DNA of 64,000 nucleotides from Candidatus Thorarchaeota archaeon (GCA_016933575.1 JAFGAR010000081.1:160001-224000); one strand, 5' to 3'; positions 1 to 10,025 are shown, counted from the stretch's first letter. Notes: generated by a model from the letters alone, not told the origin. Program-made: numbers and translations.

Positions 1-162
1 ATTCTTCAGACTAGAACTCTGGATGATATAGCAGTTGAGAAACGCGACTTTCTAATGATCCATAATAGAGGTGGAGAAATCTGTCCTCTCTGTGGAGGAC
101 GAGTATCTGAAGTGCGAGCGAACCGGTATAAGACGAATTATTGTCAGACTTGTCAGAAATAG
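1..162 (+). CDS. Fpg/Nei family DNA glycosylase, C-terminal zinc finger (5' truncated by window edge; not in ORF track)
   Basis: Frame 1 reads ...FLMIHNRGGEICPLCGGRVSEVRANRYKTNYCQTCQK*; C-x2-C...R-x-x-T-x-Y-C-x2-C-Q is the Fpg/MutM zinc finger. Confidence 0.85.
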   Translation: MLQTRTLDDIAVEKRDFLMIHNRGGEICPLCGGRVSEVRANRYKTNYCQTCQK

Positions 163-229
163 CACGGTGTCATAATACTAATCAGTCAGATTGAGTGTAT
201 ATTTCATCAATACTGGGAGCTGATTAGAG

Positions 230-1411
230 TTGGACAAATGGGAAGAGACCTTCCTTCGTGAGATTGTTGAACTGGACACGAATAGCGATGAGAAGAAAAA
301 CTACCAAGCATGTGTTGATATCATCCAAAAATACTGCGAAGATGCTGGATTAAAGGTTGAGGTCTTCGACTCGAAGCATGATGGAATACCACAGCCCAAT
401 ATCGTTGCAACAATGGATGCTAGTGCTAAGACCACGGTTCTTCTATGTACTCATTATGACGTTGTTCCTCCTGGAGATACTGCGGATTGGACCTATCCTC
501 CCTTCAAATTAACAATGAAGGGTAGCAAAGCCTATGGCCGGGGTGTGACTGATGATAAAGGGAATATAGTTGCATCGGTGAGTGCGGCAAAAGAGCTCAT
601 CAAGAGAGGTAGCTCGAAAGTAAATTGGAAGATTCTGATTAGTCCCAACGAAGAAATCGGTGGTGAGTGGGGCATAGACTACCTCATGAACGGACCTCCA
701 AAGATTCGAGGTGATTTTGGTATAGTAGTGGACTCGGGACCTGAGTATGTCAGTATTGGTGCAAGTGGCGTGATTGCTGGAACAATAACAGTTCATGGAA
801 CTCAAGGGCATGCCGGCTATCCATTCAAGTTTGCGAATGCTATCCATCTCTCAATTCCAGTTATGCAGTCAATGCTGGACTATGTAGATCTTCGTAGAAA
901 GGTTGAGTCTGAATATCCTGCTCCTCCAGGAAGCCCTCATCGTACACTCTGGGGACGTTTCTCTATGACAGTCTATCAGGCTGGAAGCAAGACCAACACA
1001 ATTCCTGGCAAGGCTGAAATCTCCTTCGACTGTCGTACTATCCCAGAGGAGGATGTTGAGGAGGTCGCTAAAGATCTTGAGCAGTTCTTTAAGCGTGTGA
1101 AAGAAGAGACCTGTGTTGAGGCATCTCTTGCTTTTAAAACAAAACATGACGGATGGGGGTCGGACAAAGATCATCCAATGATACAAAAATTTCACTCCAC
1201 GGTGAAGGAATTAGTAGACCCTGCGATAGTGATATCCGCAGATCTTGGTGGAAATGACGGTCACTATTTCACATCACATAGGATTCCCACAGTCTGTTTT
1301 GGCACGCTGAGAGATGATAATAACTATCATGGACTCGATGAGTTTATGCACATCGATGATTTTGATACAGTGAAAAATGTTCTAATCCACTTTGCAGAGA
1401 CGTGTGAATGA
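230..1411 (+). CDS. M20 family metallopeptidase/deacylase (ArgE/DapE-like)
   Basis: HYDVVPPG, GRGVTDDKG, EEIGG, QGHAG, GGNDG and YHGLDE M20 motifs. Confidence 0.9.
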   Translation: MDKWEETFLREIVELDTNSDEKKNYQACVDIIQKYCEDAGLKVEVFDSKHDGIPQPNIVATMDASAKTTVLLCTHYDVVPPGDTADWTYPPFKLTMKGSKAYGRGVTDDKGNIVASVSAAKELIKRGSSKVNWKILISPNEEIGGEWGIDYLMNGPPKIRGDFGIVVDSGPEYVSIGASGVIAGTITVHGTQGHAGYPFKFANAIHLSIPVMQSMLDYVDLRRKVESEYPAPPGSPHRTLWGRFSMTVYQAGSKTNTIPGKAEISFDCRTIPEEDVEEVAKDLEQFFKRVKEETCVEASLAFKTKHDGWGSDKDHPMIQKFHSTVKELVDPAIVISADLGGNDGHYFTSHRIPTVCFGTLRDDNNYHGLDEFMHIDDFDTVKNVLIHFAETCE

Positions 1412-2536
1412 ATGGTTAACATGCATGACTTGGAGATTGGAGCTCCTGGACCTTTTCTTCCGCCCTGGGAAAACGCCCTAAAGAATGCAAAGACTATCGA
1501 CTCTCTTGGATATGATAGTATGGCATTTCCTGACCATCTTGCAGGATTTATTCCTGAGAGTATCTGGACACCTGATATTACTCCCCTTGCTTTTCTTCAG
1601 CAATCACCACATACCTACTATGACATGGCAACGATTATGGGTGCATGTGCAGCAGTCACAGAAAACGTGAAACTGGTATCCGCAGTAACTGAACCGATAC
1701 GAAGACACCCCGCACTCATCGCACAGACATTTCTAACACTTGATCATATTAGTAATGGTCGAGTCGTTCTGGGTATAGGTGCAGGTGAGATAGAGAATGT
1801 AGAACCTTACGGATTATCTTATGCTGGTCAAGTTGGAAGACTTCGTGAATCTCTCAAAATTATCAAACTGATTTGGAGCACTCATGAACCATTTGATTTT
1901 GAGGGTAAGTTCTGGTCGATGAAAGATGCGGTGATGTCACTTCGTCCTGCAGTTGAAGGAAGTCCTCCTCCAATATGGATTGCTGCCCATGGTCCTAAGA
2001 TGCTTGAAATCACCGCAGAATTTGGTGATGGTTGGATCCCCACCTTGCTCCCGCCTAAGGACTATGGCGAAAAATTAAGGACCATCCAATCACTTCGAAA
2101 GAAGAATGACAGAGAGGGTCCGTTTACAGCAGCCCTTTGGAACTGGTGCGTTCTAGACAATGATGTTTCTGAATGCGAAAGAATGATGAATACCCCTCTG
2201 GCAAAGGCATTTGCCCTCTTATTGCCAGCAAGCGAGTGGAAACGTCTTGGTTTTAATCATCCCTTTGGAGATACTTTCCACTCACTCACTGATTACATCC
2301 CTATGCGATACGATAGGGAAGCTACTCTCAAAGCAATAGAAGCTGTTCCAATGGAGATACTTGACAATTTCTATATGTCTGGCGATGCTGAGTCTATGAT
2401 AAAGCAGCTCGAAAATTATGCTCACCAAGGACTCAATCACATTATTCTATGGAATGCAACAGGCATGTATGATCTATCAAAGACCAAGTCATCTTATAGC
2501 GTAATGAAGGAGGTTTTATCGTATGTCAAAGGATAG
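1412..2536 (+). CDS. LLM-class (luciferase-like) flavin/F420-dependent oxidoreductase
   Basis: PDHL, VTEPIRRHPA, TLDHISNGRVVLGIGAGE, IWIAAHGPKML...GDGW motifs. Confidence 0.9.
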   Translation: MVNMHDLEIGAPGPFLPPWENALKNAKTIDSLGYDSMAFPDHLAGFIPESIWTPDITPLAFLQQSPHTYYDMATIMGACAAVTENVKLVSAVTEPIRRHPALIAQTFLTLDHISNGRVVLGIGAGEIENVEPYGLSYAGQVGRLRESLKIIKLIWSTHEPFDFEGKFWSMKDAVMSLRPAVEGSPPPIWIAAHGPKMLEITAEFGDGWIPTLLPPKDYGEKLRTIQSLRKKNDREGPFTAALWNWCVLDNDVSECERMMNTPLAKAFALLLPASEWKRLGFNHPFGDTFHSLTDYIPMRYDREATLKAIEAVPMEILDNFYMSGDAESMIKQLENYAHQGLNHIILWNATGMYDLSKTKSSYSVMKEVLSYVKG

Positions 2537-3095
2537 GATCGTTCTTGTTACACAGAACAAGCACAAGCTTGCAGAGATCACCTCTCTCTTTAACGAATAC
2601 AAAATCTCTTTTGACACTACTGACTTGGAAAAATTGGAAATACGTTCTCAGAACGTTAAGTCGATAGCAATAGCCGCGGCGAAACATGCATATGAAACCC
2701 TCCAACGCCCTGTTGTGGTCGATGATACAGGATTCTTCGTGGAAGCTTTGAACAATTTTCCAGGTTCCTATGCCGCATATGTCTTACAGACAATAGATTG
2801 TGCTGGAATACTCAGACTTCTCGAAGGTGAAAAAAATCGTAATGCAAAGTTTGTTACAGCTGTAGCATTTTGTGACCACAATCATCTCGAAGTATTTCTT
2901 GGCGAGATGACTGGTACTGTAAGTCAGAAACCATCTGGGAAGGGAGGCTTTGGATACGATCCTATCTTCATTCCAGAGGGCTACTCCCAAACTTATGCCG
3001 AATTATCCTTCTCTGAAAAAGTTAGAATCTCTCATCGAACACGTGCATTTCGAGCATTTCTTGAATGGAAAACCCACATACCTGACAATCCTTAA
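2523..3095 (+). CDS. rdgB: Non-canonical purine NTP pyrophosphatase (RdgB/HAM1, ITPase)
   Basis: TQNKHK, DDTG, FPGSY, GFGYDPIF and ISHR motifs. Confidence 0.95.
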   Translation: MSKDRIVLVTQNKHKLAEITSLFNEYKISFDTTDLEKLEIRSQNVKSIAIAAAKHAYETLQRPVVVDDTGFFVEALNNFPGSYAAYVLQTIDCAGILRLLEGEKNRNAKFVTAVAFCDHNHLEVFLGEMTGTVSQKPSGKGGFGYDPIFIPEGYSQTYAELSFSEKVRISHRTRAFRAFLEWKTHIPDNP

Positions 3096-3129
3096 GTCAG
3101 AATATTGTGCCCATAAAATAGGTGTTTAG

Positions 3130-3882
3130 ATGTCCGTCAGTGAGGCAACCATCAAAGCCTTGAAACAACTTGGCCTTACGGAATATGAAACTCAGGCATA
3201 TCTTGCCCTGATTGGAGGTGGTCAGATGGGCGCCTCAGATGTTTCTACGAAGTCAAAGGTTCCATTCTCTAGGATTTATGATGTACTTGGACGCCTCGAG
3301 GAAAAGCAGTTCATCCAAGTACGGAAAGGGCGTCCTACAACCTACGTGGCTAAGGCACCTACTGAGGTTATGCGGCTCATCCGGCTTGACTGGGAGGAGC
3401 GGCTCAAAGAATCAAGTTCTCTTGTTATCTCCGAGTTGCAACCATTATATGAGCGAGAAGAACATGCTACAACAAGAGATGTGTGGGTTGTTCATGGTCG
3501 GGCATCTATCCTGGCGAAGGCCATGGAGATGCTTGACTCCGCAAAGGAAGAGGTTCTTCTCTCATTGCCTTCTTTTGATTTCTCTGCTGAAGATGTAGAT
3601 GCTATAGTCGAACGTGTTTTGGGTGTGAAGGCTAAGGTTCGTATTCTGACATCTTCTATTGCAGATACACTCAAAGAACTCATACCTCGCCAGTTCGAAG
3701 TCAGAACTCGAGACAGAGTCTTTGGCGCAGGCTTGGTCGTAGATCAGAGAGATACTCTAATCATGTTGGCTGGGGGTGAACAGAGTGACGAGTTCTTGGG
3801 CATCTATAGCAGTCATGCTATCTTCGCGGCAATGAGTTCATCATACTTTGAATCATTATGGAAGGACTCAACTCCACTTTAG
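3130..3882 (+). CDS. TrmB family transcriptional regulator
   Basis: LGLTEYE..AYLAL and VPFSRIYDVLGRLEEK TrmB HTH; C-terminal PLD-like effector domain (VVDQR, YFESLW). Confidence 0.9.
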   Translation: MSVSEATIKALKQLGLTEYETQAYLALIGGGQMGASDVSTKSKVPFSRIYDVLGRLEEKQFIQVRKGRPTTYVAKAPTEVMRLIRLDWEERLKESSSLVISELQPLYEREEHATTRDVWVVHGRASILAKAMEMLDSAKEEVLLSLPSFDFSAEDVDAIVERVLGVKAKVRILTSSIADTLKELIPRQFEVRTRDRVFGAGLVVDQRDTLIMLAGGEQSDEFLGIYSSHAIFAAMSSSYFESLWKDSTPL

Positions 3883-3914
3883 GACCTTATATCCCTCGCA
3901 TGAGAAAATAATGA

Positions 3915-5366
3915 TTGGTAACACACGATTTGAATTATTGCGGTGGGGTAGTGATGACACAATCCGATACTGGTGGTACAGCTCAGGAAGATACTTCGAT
4001 GCCAGCTGAAGACAAAGTAAAACTCCAGAAGAAACTCTCTCCAAGTGCTCAAGCAATTCTTCGATTTGTGCAACTATTTGAAGAAAAGGGTGAGATAGAT
4101 GTATTCCAAGAAGATGCTGAATTCAAGCGGCTTCGTCAAATCGTCCTGTCCTATCGAGGAAGCCTCTACTCTCTGTTAGAAAGAAGATTACAAGAAGTGA
4201 TTGACCTTGGTGGGGTTGAGATAATTACCCAGAGAGATATTATGAGTCTCATAGTCCAGCTATGGGAAGATAATATCTCCAAATTAACGAAGACAGAAGT
4301 ACCATATCTTGAAGCCACTCTAAAATACCCTGGCGACTCCCTGAACCCCCTCTCCAAATGGGCTGGAATGAGTTATGCCCAAGCCCGACGTGCTCAGAAA
4401 AGGCTCAGTGATAGTGAAGTTCTTAAAATCGGTGGTATGTTAAATTTAGAACAACTTGGTCTTGAACGTGTTTTAATCATCTTGGAATCGCCTTCCCTTG
4501 TCCTTTCTGGCCCTTACTGTCAGACAATGCTGTTTATCGATGGTCATTCTCCACGTGTTCTGATTGTTGCTATAGTTCCTAGCAATAAACGAGAAGATCT
4601 TCTTGATACTGTAAGAAGTTTCAGGAATACTACCACAAATGCATCTGTCTACAATCTATCCCCAGGTAAACCGAGTTTCAGCGGACTTTATTCGGATCCA
4701 AAGAAGGGATGGAATCTTGACCTCCTCCATTTTCGTCTCATGCTCAGGAAAGGTGGTGATCCTATCACCCTCTCAGATGTCCCTCCCCCTTCACTCTCAG
4801 AACCTACCAAGTTCACATATTCCGAAACAAGAGTGATGGATGCGATGACTGAGAGTCTGGACCGAACAGCCCAAGAAATCGTAGCAGCAACAAAACTCTC
4901 ACCCTCAACAGTCTTTAGAAAACGCGCTCAGTTCCTTAGCAATGGCACTATTCTCCCCAGAGCCAGAGTCAACATACCTGCGCTCAATGATAGGCTTCTT
5001 CTTCTCCTCAGTCCAGAAGTTGGTGGCAATATCAGTCCAGCTTGGCAAAATCTACCATTGACCTATTCTAGTCATATTACTAATCTCGAGGATAAATCCG
5101 AAAGAAAAGTTCTACTCCTATCTGCACTCCCAACTGGCTCTGGATCCTCTGTACTCGATATTTTAAATGACGAGACCTCAAAGATCGATGATTATTCTGC
5201 TTGGAGTGTTGCTGCAGGGATTGGTGGATTGACTAAAGTATCAAATCTCTATGACCGTAGAAAGAATAGTTGGGCTTGGGATGTTTCTAGACATTTCGAT
5301 GCAATAGGCTATAGTGCAGCTCGACACGAGGCCAGTTCATCAAACACACCTCTTGATCTAGCCTAA
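3915..5366 (+). CDS. Large hypothetical protein with Lrp/AsnC-like helix-turn-helix segments
   Basis: 483-aa ORF; TAQEIVAATKLSPSTVFRKRAQFLSNGTI and LSKWAGMSYAQARRAQKRL resemble HTH motifs; start uncertain. Confidence 0.6.
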   Translation: MVTHDLNYCGGVVMTQSDTGGTAQEDTSMPAEDKVKLQKKLSPSAQAILRFVQLFEEKGEIDVFQEDAEFKRLRQIVLSYRGSLYSLLERRLQEVIDLGGVEIITQRDIMSLIVQLWEDNISKLTKTEVPYLEATLKYPGDSLNPLSKWAGMSYAQARRAQKRLSDSEVLKIGGMLNLEQLGLERVLIILESPSLVLSGPYCQTMLFIDGHSPRVLIVAIVPSNKREDLLDTVRSFRNTTTNASVYNLSPGKPSFSGLYSDPKKGWNLDLLHFRLMLRKGGDPITLSDVPPPSLSEPTKFTYSETRVMDAMTESLDRTAQEIVAATKLSPSTVFRKRAQFLSNGTILPRARVNIPALNDRLLLLLSPEVGGNISPAWQNLPLTYSSHITNLEDKSERKVLLLSALPTGSGSSVLDILNDETSKIDDYSAWSVAAGIGGLTKVSNLYDRRKNSWAWDVSRHFDAIGYSAARHEASSSNTPLDLA

Positions 5367-5424
5367 GGTGTCATATGGCGCAATTCATATCTTGTGTTAT
5401 GTATCAGTCGTAAGTGAGTCACAA

Positions 5425-6390
5425 ATGTTAGATCTGGTATTCCTCGGAACTGGAGGAAGCATGCCGACTGAGAATCGGAATCTTCCAGCGATAGCAATTC
5501 GATTTGAGGGGTGGATCTTTCTTTTTGATGCTGGAGAAGATGTTCAGAGACAATTCGAGACCGCTCAACTCGGACTGAACAAGAACATGGCAATCTTCAT
5601 TTCCCATATGCATGCAGACCATGTGCTTGGTCTGGCTGGACTCCTATTGAGATTCTCACTCCTTGGGCGTCAAAAGCCCTTGAAGATCTATGGTCCTAAG
5701 GAGCTAATTGAATTTGTAAAGGTGAATCAATCCACTATCAATCTTGGTACGACCTTTGAAACCACTGTTCACGCCATCGAGCCGGGACTGGTATTTCAAG
5801 AAGGTCCTGTCAATATTCGAGCCTTTCCTGTGGACCACCGTGGGTATGCATTAGGGTACGAATTCACTATTCAAAAACCCACTGGCGAATTCTTACCGGA
5901 GAAGGCCGAAGATCTTGGTGTTCCAAAGGGTCCCTTGTGGGGAAAGCTCGCAGATGGTGAGTCCGTTGCTCTTCAGAATGGTTCGACGGTCTCTCCTGAT
6001 GATGTAACAGGACCAGCTCCCAAGCCTTTGAGAGTTGTCTACTCTGGTGATACGCGACCATGCCGCTCTCTGAGAGATGCCATGATAAGCGCAGACATAG
6101 CAATCTCTGAAGCTATGTATACTGTAGAACATGCAGATCTTGCAGAAGAACGGGGTCATTCAACTGCAAAAGATATTGCTGAGATGGCGTTAGAATCAGG
6201 AGTGAAACTTCTCATTTTAACACATTATAGTCCGCGATATTTTGACGGAACGGCAATCTTGGAGGAGGGACAGAGCATCTTTCCAAATACAATTCTCGCT
6301 CGTGATTTGCTTCATCTTCAGATGGACAAGTATGGGAATAGTATAGTCATCAAGTCCGGTCTCATGCCTCCAACTAAAGATCAAACTTGA
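5425..6390 (+). CDS. rnz: Ribonuclease Z (tRNA 3' processing)
   Basis: FLGTGG, DAGE, SHMHADH, GP-motif exosite (VPKGPLWGKL), YSGDTRP, GHST, LTHYSPRY; ATG at 5425 preferred over track start 5368. Confidence 0.95.
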   Translation: MLDLVFLGTGGSMPTENRNLPAIAIRFEGWIFLFDAGEDVQRQFETAQLGLNKNMAIFISHMHADHVLGLAGLLLRFSLLGRQKPLKIYGPKELIEFVKVNQSTINLGTTFETTVHAIEPGLVFQEGPVNIRAFPVDHRGYALGYEFTIQKPTGEFLPEKAEDLGVPKGPLWGKLADGESVALQNGSTVSPDDVTGPAPKPLRVVYSGDTRPCRSLRDAMISADIAISEAMYTVEHADLAEERGHSTAKDIAEMALESGVKLLILTHYSPRYFDGTAILEEGQSIFPNTILARDLLHLQMDKYGNSIVIKSGLMPPTKDQT

Positions 6391-7576
6391 TGGTCTTTAA
6401 TGGATGCCTCGTTAGCATTCTTCTGTAAATACGTCTCTTGAGGTTTGAGAACGGACTCACTCTTGCAAGAACATCTATCAGATACTCCCCTATAACAGGG
6501 TCTTCTGATGCGATTTTCGAAATGAGTTCAATGTTCTTACTCGACCTGTAAAGAATATTGGCGAGTTGCCGTAGATTGTCTAGTTCCTTATTCAGTCCCT
6601 GTTTCAGTCTCCTATCATATTCCGCAATATGAACCGGTGACTTATCTCTCACCGCCTCATATGCAACATCGGCTGCCAATATCCCTGATTCTATTGCATA
6701 CGAAATACCCTCACCCGATATTGGTGACACAAGACCCGCGGCATCTCCGATGAGCATAGATCGTCTGGCAATGACTCTCCCAGTTATTCCTCCAATTGGC
6801 ACTCTTGCTGATGTTCTCTGTGATACATCAAGACTGATACCTTTTGTCCTTTCAATATGAGATATAATGCTCTCCCATGCGTTCCGAAGATTTCTTGCAT
6901 ATTCTACACGGCATCCAATACCAACATTCAGAGTATTCGTTTTTGGGAAGCACCAACCATATCCCCAATCAATGAGACCAAAGTATAGGTCCAAGGCTAT
7001 TTGCGCTGGATTATCATCAACTCGTGCTATTCGTGCAATCTCTGACTCTTTCATTGGGACCTCAGCATTGATGCAGACAGCTATATTATCAGCCTGCCAT
7101 CGTTTTCTAATCCCAAGAATTCGCGCAGATAATCCGTTGACTCCATCAGCTCCCACAAGAAGATGTGCCTTATACGAGTCTCCAACTCCTAAAGCCCTAA
7201 CACCTTTACGAAGTTGTTCTATTCCCACAATTTTTGTATCTTGTCTTACCTCTACACCTGCTTCAATTGCTTTTTTGAGAAGAAACTCATCAAATGTTGG
7301 TCGATCTATCATTAGTCCTGTGAGTCCTTCTCGTGTTAGCACCGTTGTCCTACCAGATGGGGTATGAACTCTTGCTGCATGAAACTCTCCTCTAGCAATT
7401 TGTGAAAGGTCATACCTCAGTAGTTCTATTGCTCGCGGACTTATTGCACCACCACATGGTTTCTTTCTTGGATGGATACATCTTTCAATAAGAGCAACAT
7501 CGAGCCCTCTCTCAGCAGCCCTTCTAGCGCATGTTGACCCTGCAGGGCCTCCACCTATGACTAGAAGGTCGTACAT
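6374..7576 (-). CDS. Geranylgeranyl reductase family FAD-dependent oxidoreductase
   Basis: YDLLVIGGGPAG, KPCGG, VGADG, GYGWCFPK, GDAAGLVSPISGEGI; start taken at MYDLL. Confidence 0.9.
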   Translation of the reverse strand: MYDLLVIGGGPAGSTCARRAAERGLDVALIERCIHPRKKPCGGAISPRAIELLRYDLSQIARGEFHAARVHTPSGRTTVLTREGLTGLMIDRPTFDEFLLKKAIEAGVEVRQDTKIVGIEQLRKGVRALGVGDSYKAHLLVGADGVNGLSARILGIRKRWQADNIAVCINAEVPMKESEIARIARVDDNPAQIALDLYFGLIDWGYGWCFPKTNTLNVGIGCRVEYARNLRNAWESIISHIERTKGISLDVSQRTSARVPIGGITGRVIARRSMLIGDAAGLVSPISGEGISYAIESGILAADVAYEAVRDKSPVHIAEYDRRLKQGLNKELDNLRQLANILYRSSKNIELISKIASEDPVIGEYLIDVLARVSPFSNLKRRIYRRMLTRHPLKTIKFDL

Positions 7577-7636
7577 TGTCAAATACCTCTCTTTAATAGT
7601 ATAGCAAAACATGGATAAATCTACTAGTGTCACAAT

Positions 7637-8698
7637 TTGCATAGGGGATATGCGTTGACCAATACGACTGCCAAAATATGCCTGATTGCAACAGGAGGAA
7701 CTATCTCAAGTATCTATGATGAGCAGACAGAGGCTCTGCGCCCAGGACTCTCAGTAGATGCGCTTCTTGATAGACTTCCTAAAGGTATGGGTGATATTGA
7801 GGTCATTAAACGAGAACTGTTTCAACTTGACTCTGCTAATGCTCAACCTCATCATTGGCAGACAATTGCTGGAGCCATCAAAAAGGTCAGTGAAGAGATC
7901 TCAGACCTCGATGGAATAGTCATCACTCACGGCACTGATACTATGGTCTACTCTGCGTCTGCGGTCAGTTTCATGGTTCAAGACTTTGGTAAGCCTATCG
8001 TCTTTACAGGCGCCCAGATTCCAGCAAGTGTTCCTTGGAGTGATGGACCACGGAACATCTTGGATGCGATGCGTGTTGCAGCATTTGGAGACCTCGGTGA
8101 AGTCTGCATTGTCTTCAATGGTGAGATACATCGAGCCACAAGAACAAAGAAAGTTCGTGTCAATTCCTACGATGCATTCGATTCTATGGATCCATCACCT
8201 ATTGGAATCCTCGCACGAGATATTGTTCTTTATGAGGGTAGAAAGAAACGTGACCATTCCTTGATTCCCCGTTTTGACACAAGATTGGATGACAGGGTCT
8301 TTCTTCTGAAAATCTTCCCGGGACTTCCCCCTCAGACTCTGGCGCGTATCGTTGACCTGGGATATCATGGCATCATTCTCGAAGGTTTTGGTTCTGGTAA
8401 TATTCCTACTGATGAAAATGCTCTAACAGGAGGTATTCTTCAAGCCATCGACCAAGGTTGTTTTGTAATAGTGAGTTCACAATGTGCCTTTGGTCAAGCG
8501 GACCTCTCAGTCTATGAGGTCGGTCGAGCCGCAATGGATGTCGGAGCCCTGAGTGCATATGATATGACCTCTGAGGCTGCTCTTGTGAAGCTAGCCTGGG
8601 TGCTTGGGCATACACATGAACCAGACCGAGTGAAAGAGATGATGTCAATTAGCTATGTTGGTGAGATATCATTTCATCCTGAAGTAGTACATCGATAA
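7637..8698 (+). CDS. ansA: Type I L-asparaginase
   Basis: ATGGTI and THGTDTM catalytic motifs, FTGAQ, DMTSEAA; no GatD N-terminal domain; true start probably TTG 7655. Confidence 0.85.
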   Translation: MHRGYALTNTTAKICLIATGGTISSIYDEQTEALRPGLSVDALLDRLPKGMGDIEVIKRELFQLDSANAQPHHWQTIAGAIKKVSEEISDLDGIVITHGTDTMVYSASAVSFMVQDFGKPIVFTGAQIPASVPWSDGPRNILDAMRVAAFGDLGEVCIVFNGEIHRATRTKKVRVNSYDAFDSMDPSPIGILARDIVLYEGRKKRDHSLIPRFDTRLDDRVFLLKIFPGLPPQTLARIVDLGYHGIILEGFGSGNIPTDENALTGGILQAIDQGCFVIVSSQCAFGQADLSVYEVGRAAMDVGALSAYDMTSEAALVKLAWVLGHTHEPDRVKEMMSISYVGEISFHPEVVHR

Positions 8699-8750
8699 AA
8701 TCACAAAATATCAACAGATTATGATCTGAAACCCATAACCTACAGAAAAA

Positions 8751-8871
8751 TGGCGCCCGGAATGAGATTCGAACTCATGCCTCCCGGAGGAGAACAGCTA
8801 TCCTTGCAAGAGTTACAAAGACAACTATTGTTTCCAGGCTGTCGCCGTAATCCTGGCTTGGCTATCCGGGC
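8751..8871 (-). tRNA. tRNA-Ser(GGA) with 32-nt intron at 37/38 (intron approx. 8800-8831), CCA encoded
   Basis: Reverse complement GCCCGGA TAGCCAAGCCAGGATTACGGCG ACAGC CT GGA A [intron] A GCTGT, long variable arm, ATGAG TTCGAAT CTCAT, TCCGGGC G CCA; G73 discriminator and long arm fit Ser. Confidence 0.92.
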
Positions 8872-8934
8872 TTATCAGTGATGATTTCTATATCCCTTTT
8901 CATCTTTTCTCTTAGATACAATATGTAAAATAAG

Positions 8935-8993
8935 AACTCTGCATGTTATTTCGTATGCAGAGTTACTTCTGGTGCAATCAGATCAATTGCACC
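8935..8993. repeat. Two tandem inverted repeats
   Basis: AACTCTGCAT-N10-ATGCAGAGTT (8935-8964) and GGTGCAAT-N7-ATTGCACC (8971-8993). Confidence 0.7.
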
Positions 8994-9019
8994 GTCGGTT
9001 AGATGCTTTCTTATTGGAG

Positions 9020-10012
9020 CTATTTTTTATGTTTTGTTTCGAAGATGTGGTTTACATCTCCATGCTTTCCTACTAATGGTTGAATAATTGTGTTGAGTGA
9101 CTCTTTTCGTGTCACATATTCCTCCAAAGTAAGTGGTTCTCTATCCGGCGCATATGCCTGCCTCGCAAGTTCTAAGGCTAAGAATGATGATAGGCCTCCA
9201 ATATCGACTCCTTGTCCTTTACCTTTCTCTCCCCACTGCGGAATATCTGCTACGAACTCAGAATCCGCCTTCAGATTGTCTGGAATGTCTTGAATCGTTC
9301 TCAGCAGATGATAGGCTATCCCAAAGTTTGGAGGATATGTTGCACCAACTTCATGTTTCCTGTCCTTTCCCTCTACAGGGATTGGGACTTGGTAGCCTTT
9401 TGTCTTTCCTTTATCAGGGGCATAAGAGATGAAGTTTGCAGTCACGATAGTCTTTCCGTGCCTAGGTATTACATGCAATGCTGGGTTGAGCTCTGACTCA
9501 AGGGTGACAGCATTCAGGCCTGACATCTGATACTTATTTTTCCGAGGGAGTGCGTTCATGTTCTTAGCAAATTTGGAGAGTTTGCTGTTCTGAATTTCCT
9601 CCCGAAGTAAAGCAAACAGTGGGCTCGAATCAGTCTTGCTTGGTTGATGACCACTATTCTTCAACGGGATTATCTCTAATTTGCCTGTATTCGTAACTAC
9701 GAATCCTGAAGGAAGACTGAAATCAAAGACAGTACCTAGGTGACTGATCCAGAAGATTCCTTTATCATCTCTCAACCCTTGAACGCAACCCTGATGGAGT
9801 CCATAGAGCTGAGAGTCTATTCCACCCACCTTGAACTTCTGTAGTAGCCATTGGTGAACCGAAATAGTCTTTGTCATCGTCACTCTTGGTACTGTTACAA
9901 GTTCATAGAGTGGCTCCTCAGCTAGAGCTTCGCCAAATGCGTCTTTGACTAGTTGATTATAACCTCCTAGAATTGCCAATTCAAGTGGATTTTTTGGTTC
10001 ATATTGACTCAT
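9020..10012 (-). CDS. Hypothetical protein
   Basis: 330-aa ORF with upstream GAGGAG; no recognised motif. Confidence 0.7.
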   Translation of the reverse strand: MSQYEPKNPLELAILGGYNQLVKDAFGEALAEEPLYELVTVPRVTMTKTISVHQWLLQKFKVGGIDSQLYGLHQGCVQGLRDDKGIFWISHLGTVFDFSLPSGFVVTNTGKLEIIPLKNSGHQPSKTDSSPLFALLREEIQNSKLSKFAKNMNALPRKNKYQMSGLNAVTLESELNPALHVIPRHGKTIVTANFISYAPDKGKTKGYQVPIPVEGKDRKHEVGATYPPNFGIAYHLLRTIQDIPDNLKADSEFVADIPQWGEKGKGQGVDIGGLSSFLALELARQAYAPDREPLTLEEYVTRKESLNTIIQPLVGKHGDVNHIFETKHKK

Positions 10013-10025
10013 CTTGATACTCTCC

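Noticed and set aside
7637-8698. GatD subunit of Glu-tRNA(Gln) amidotransferase
   Set aside because: Lacks the N-terminal GatD domain and no gatE is adjacent; better explained as type I asparaginase
8935-9004. Complete integron attC site or integron array
   Set aside because: R''-like ATCTAAC present but no complementary GTTRRRY, no repeats after neighbouring genes, no integrase
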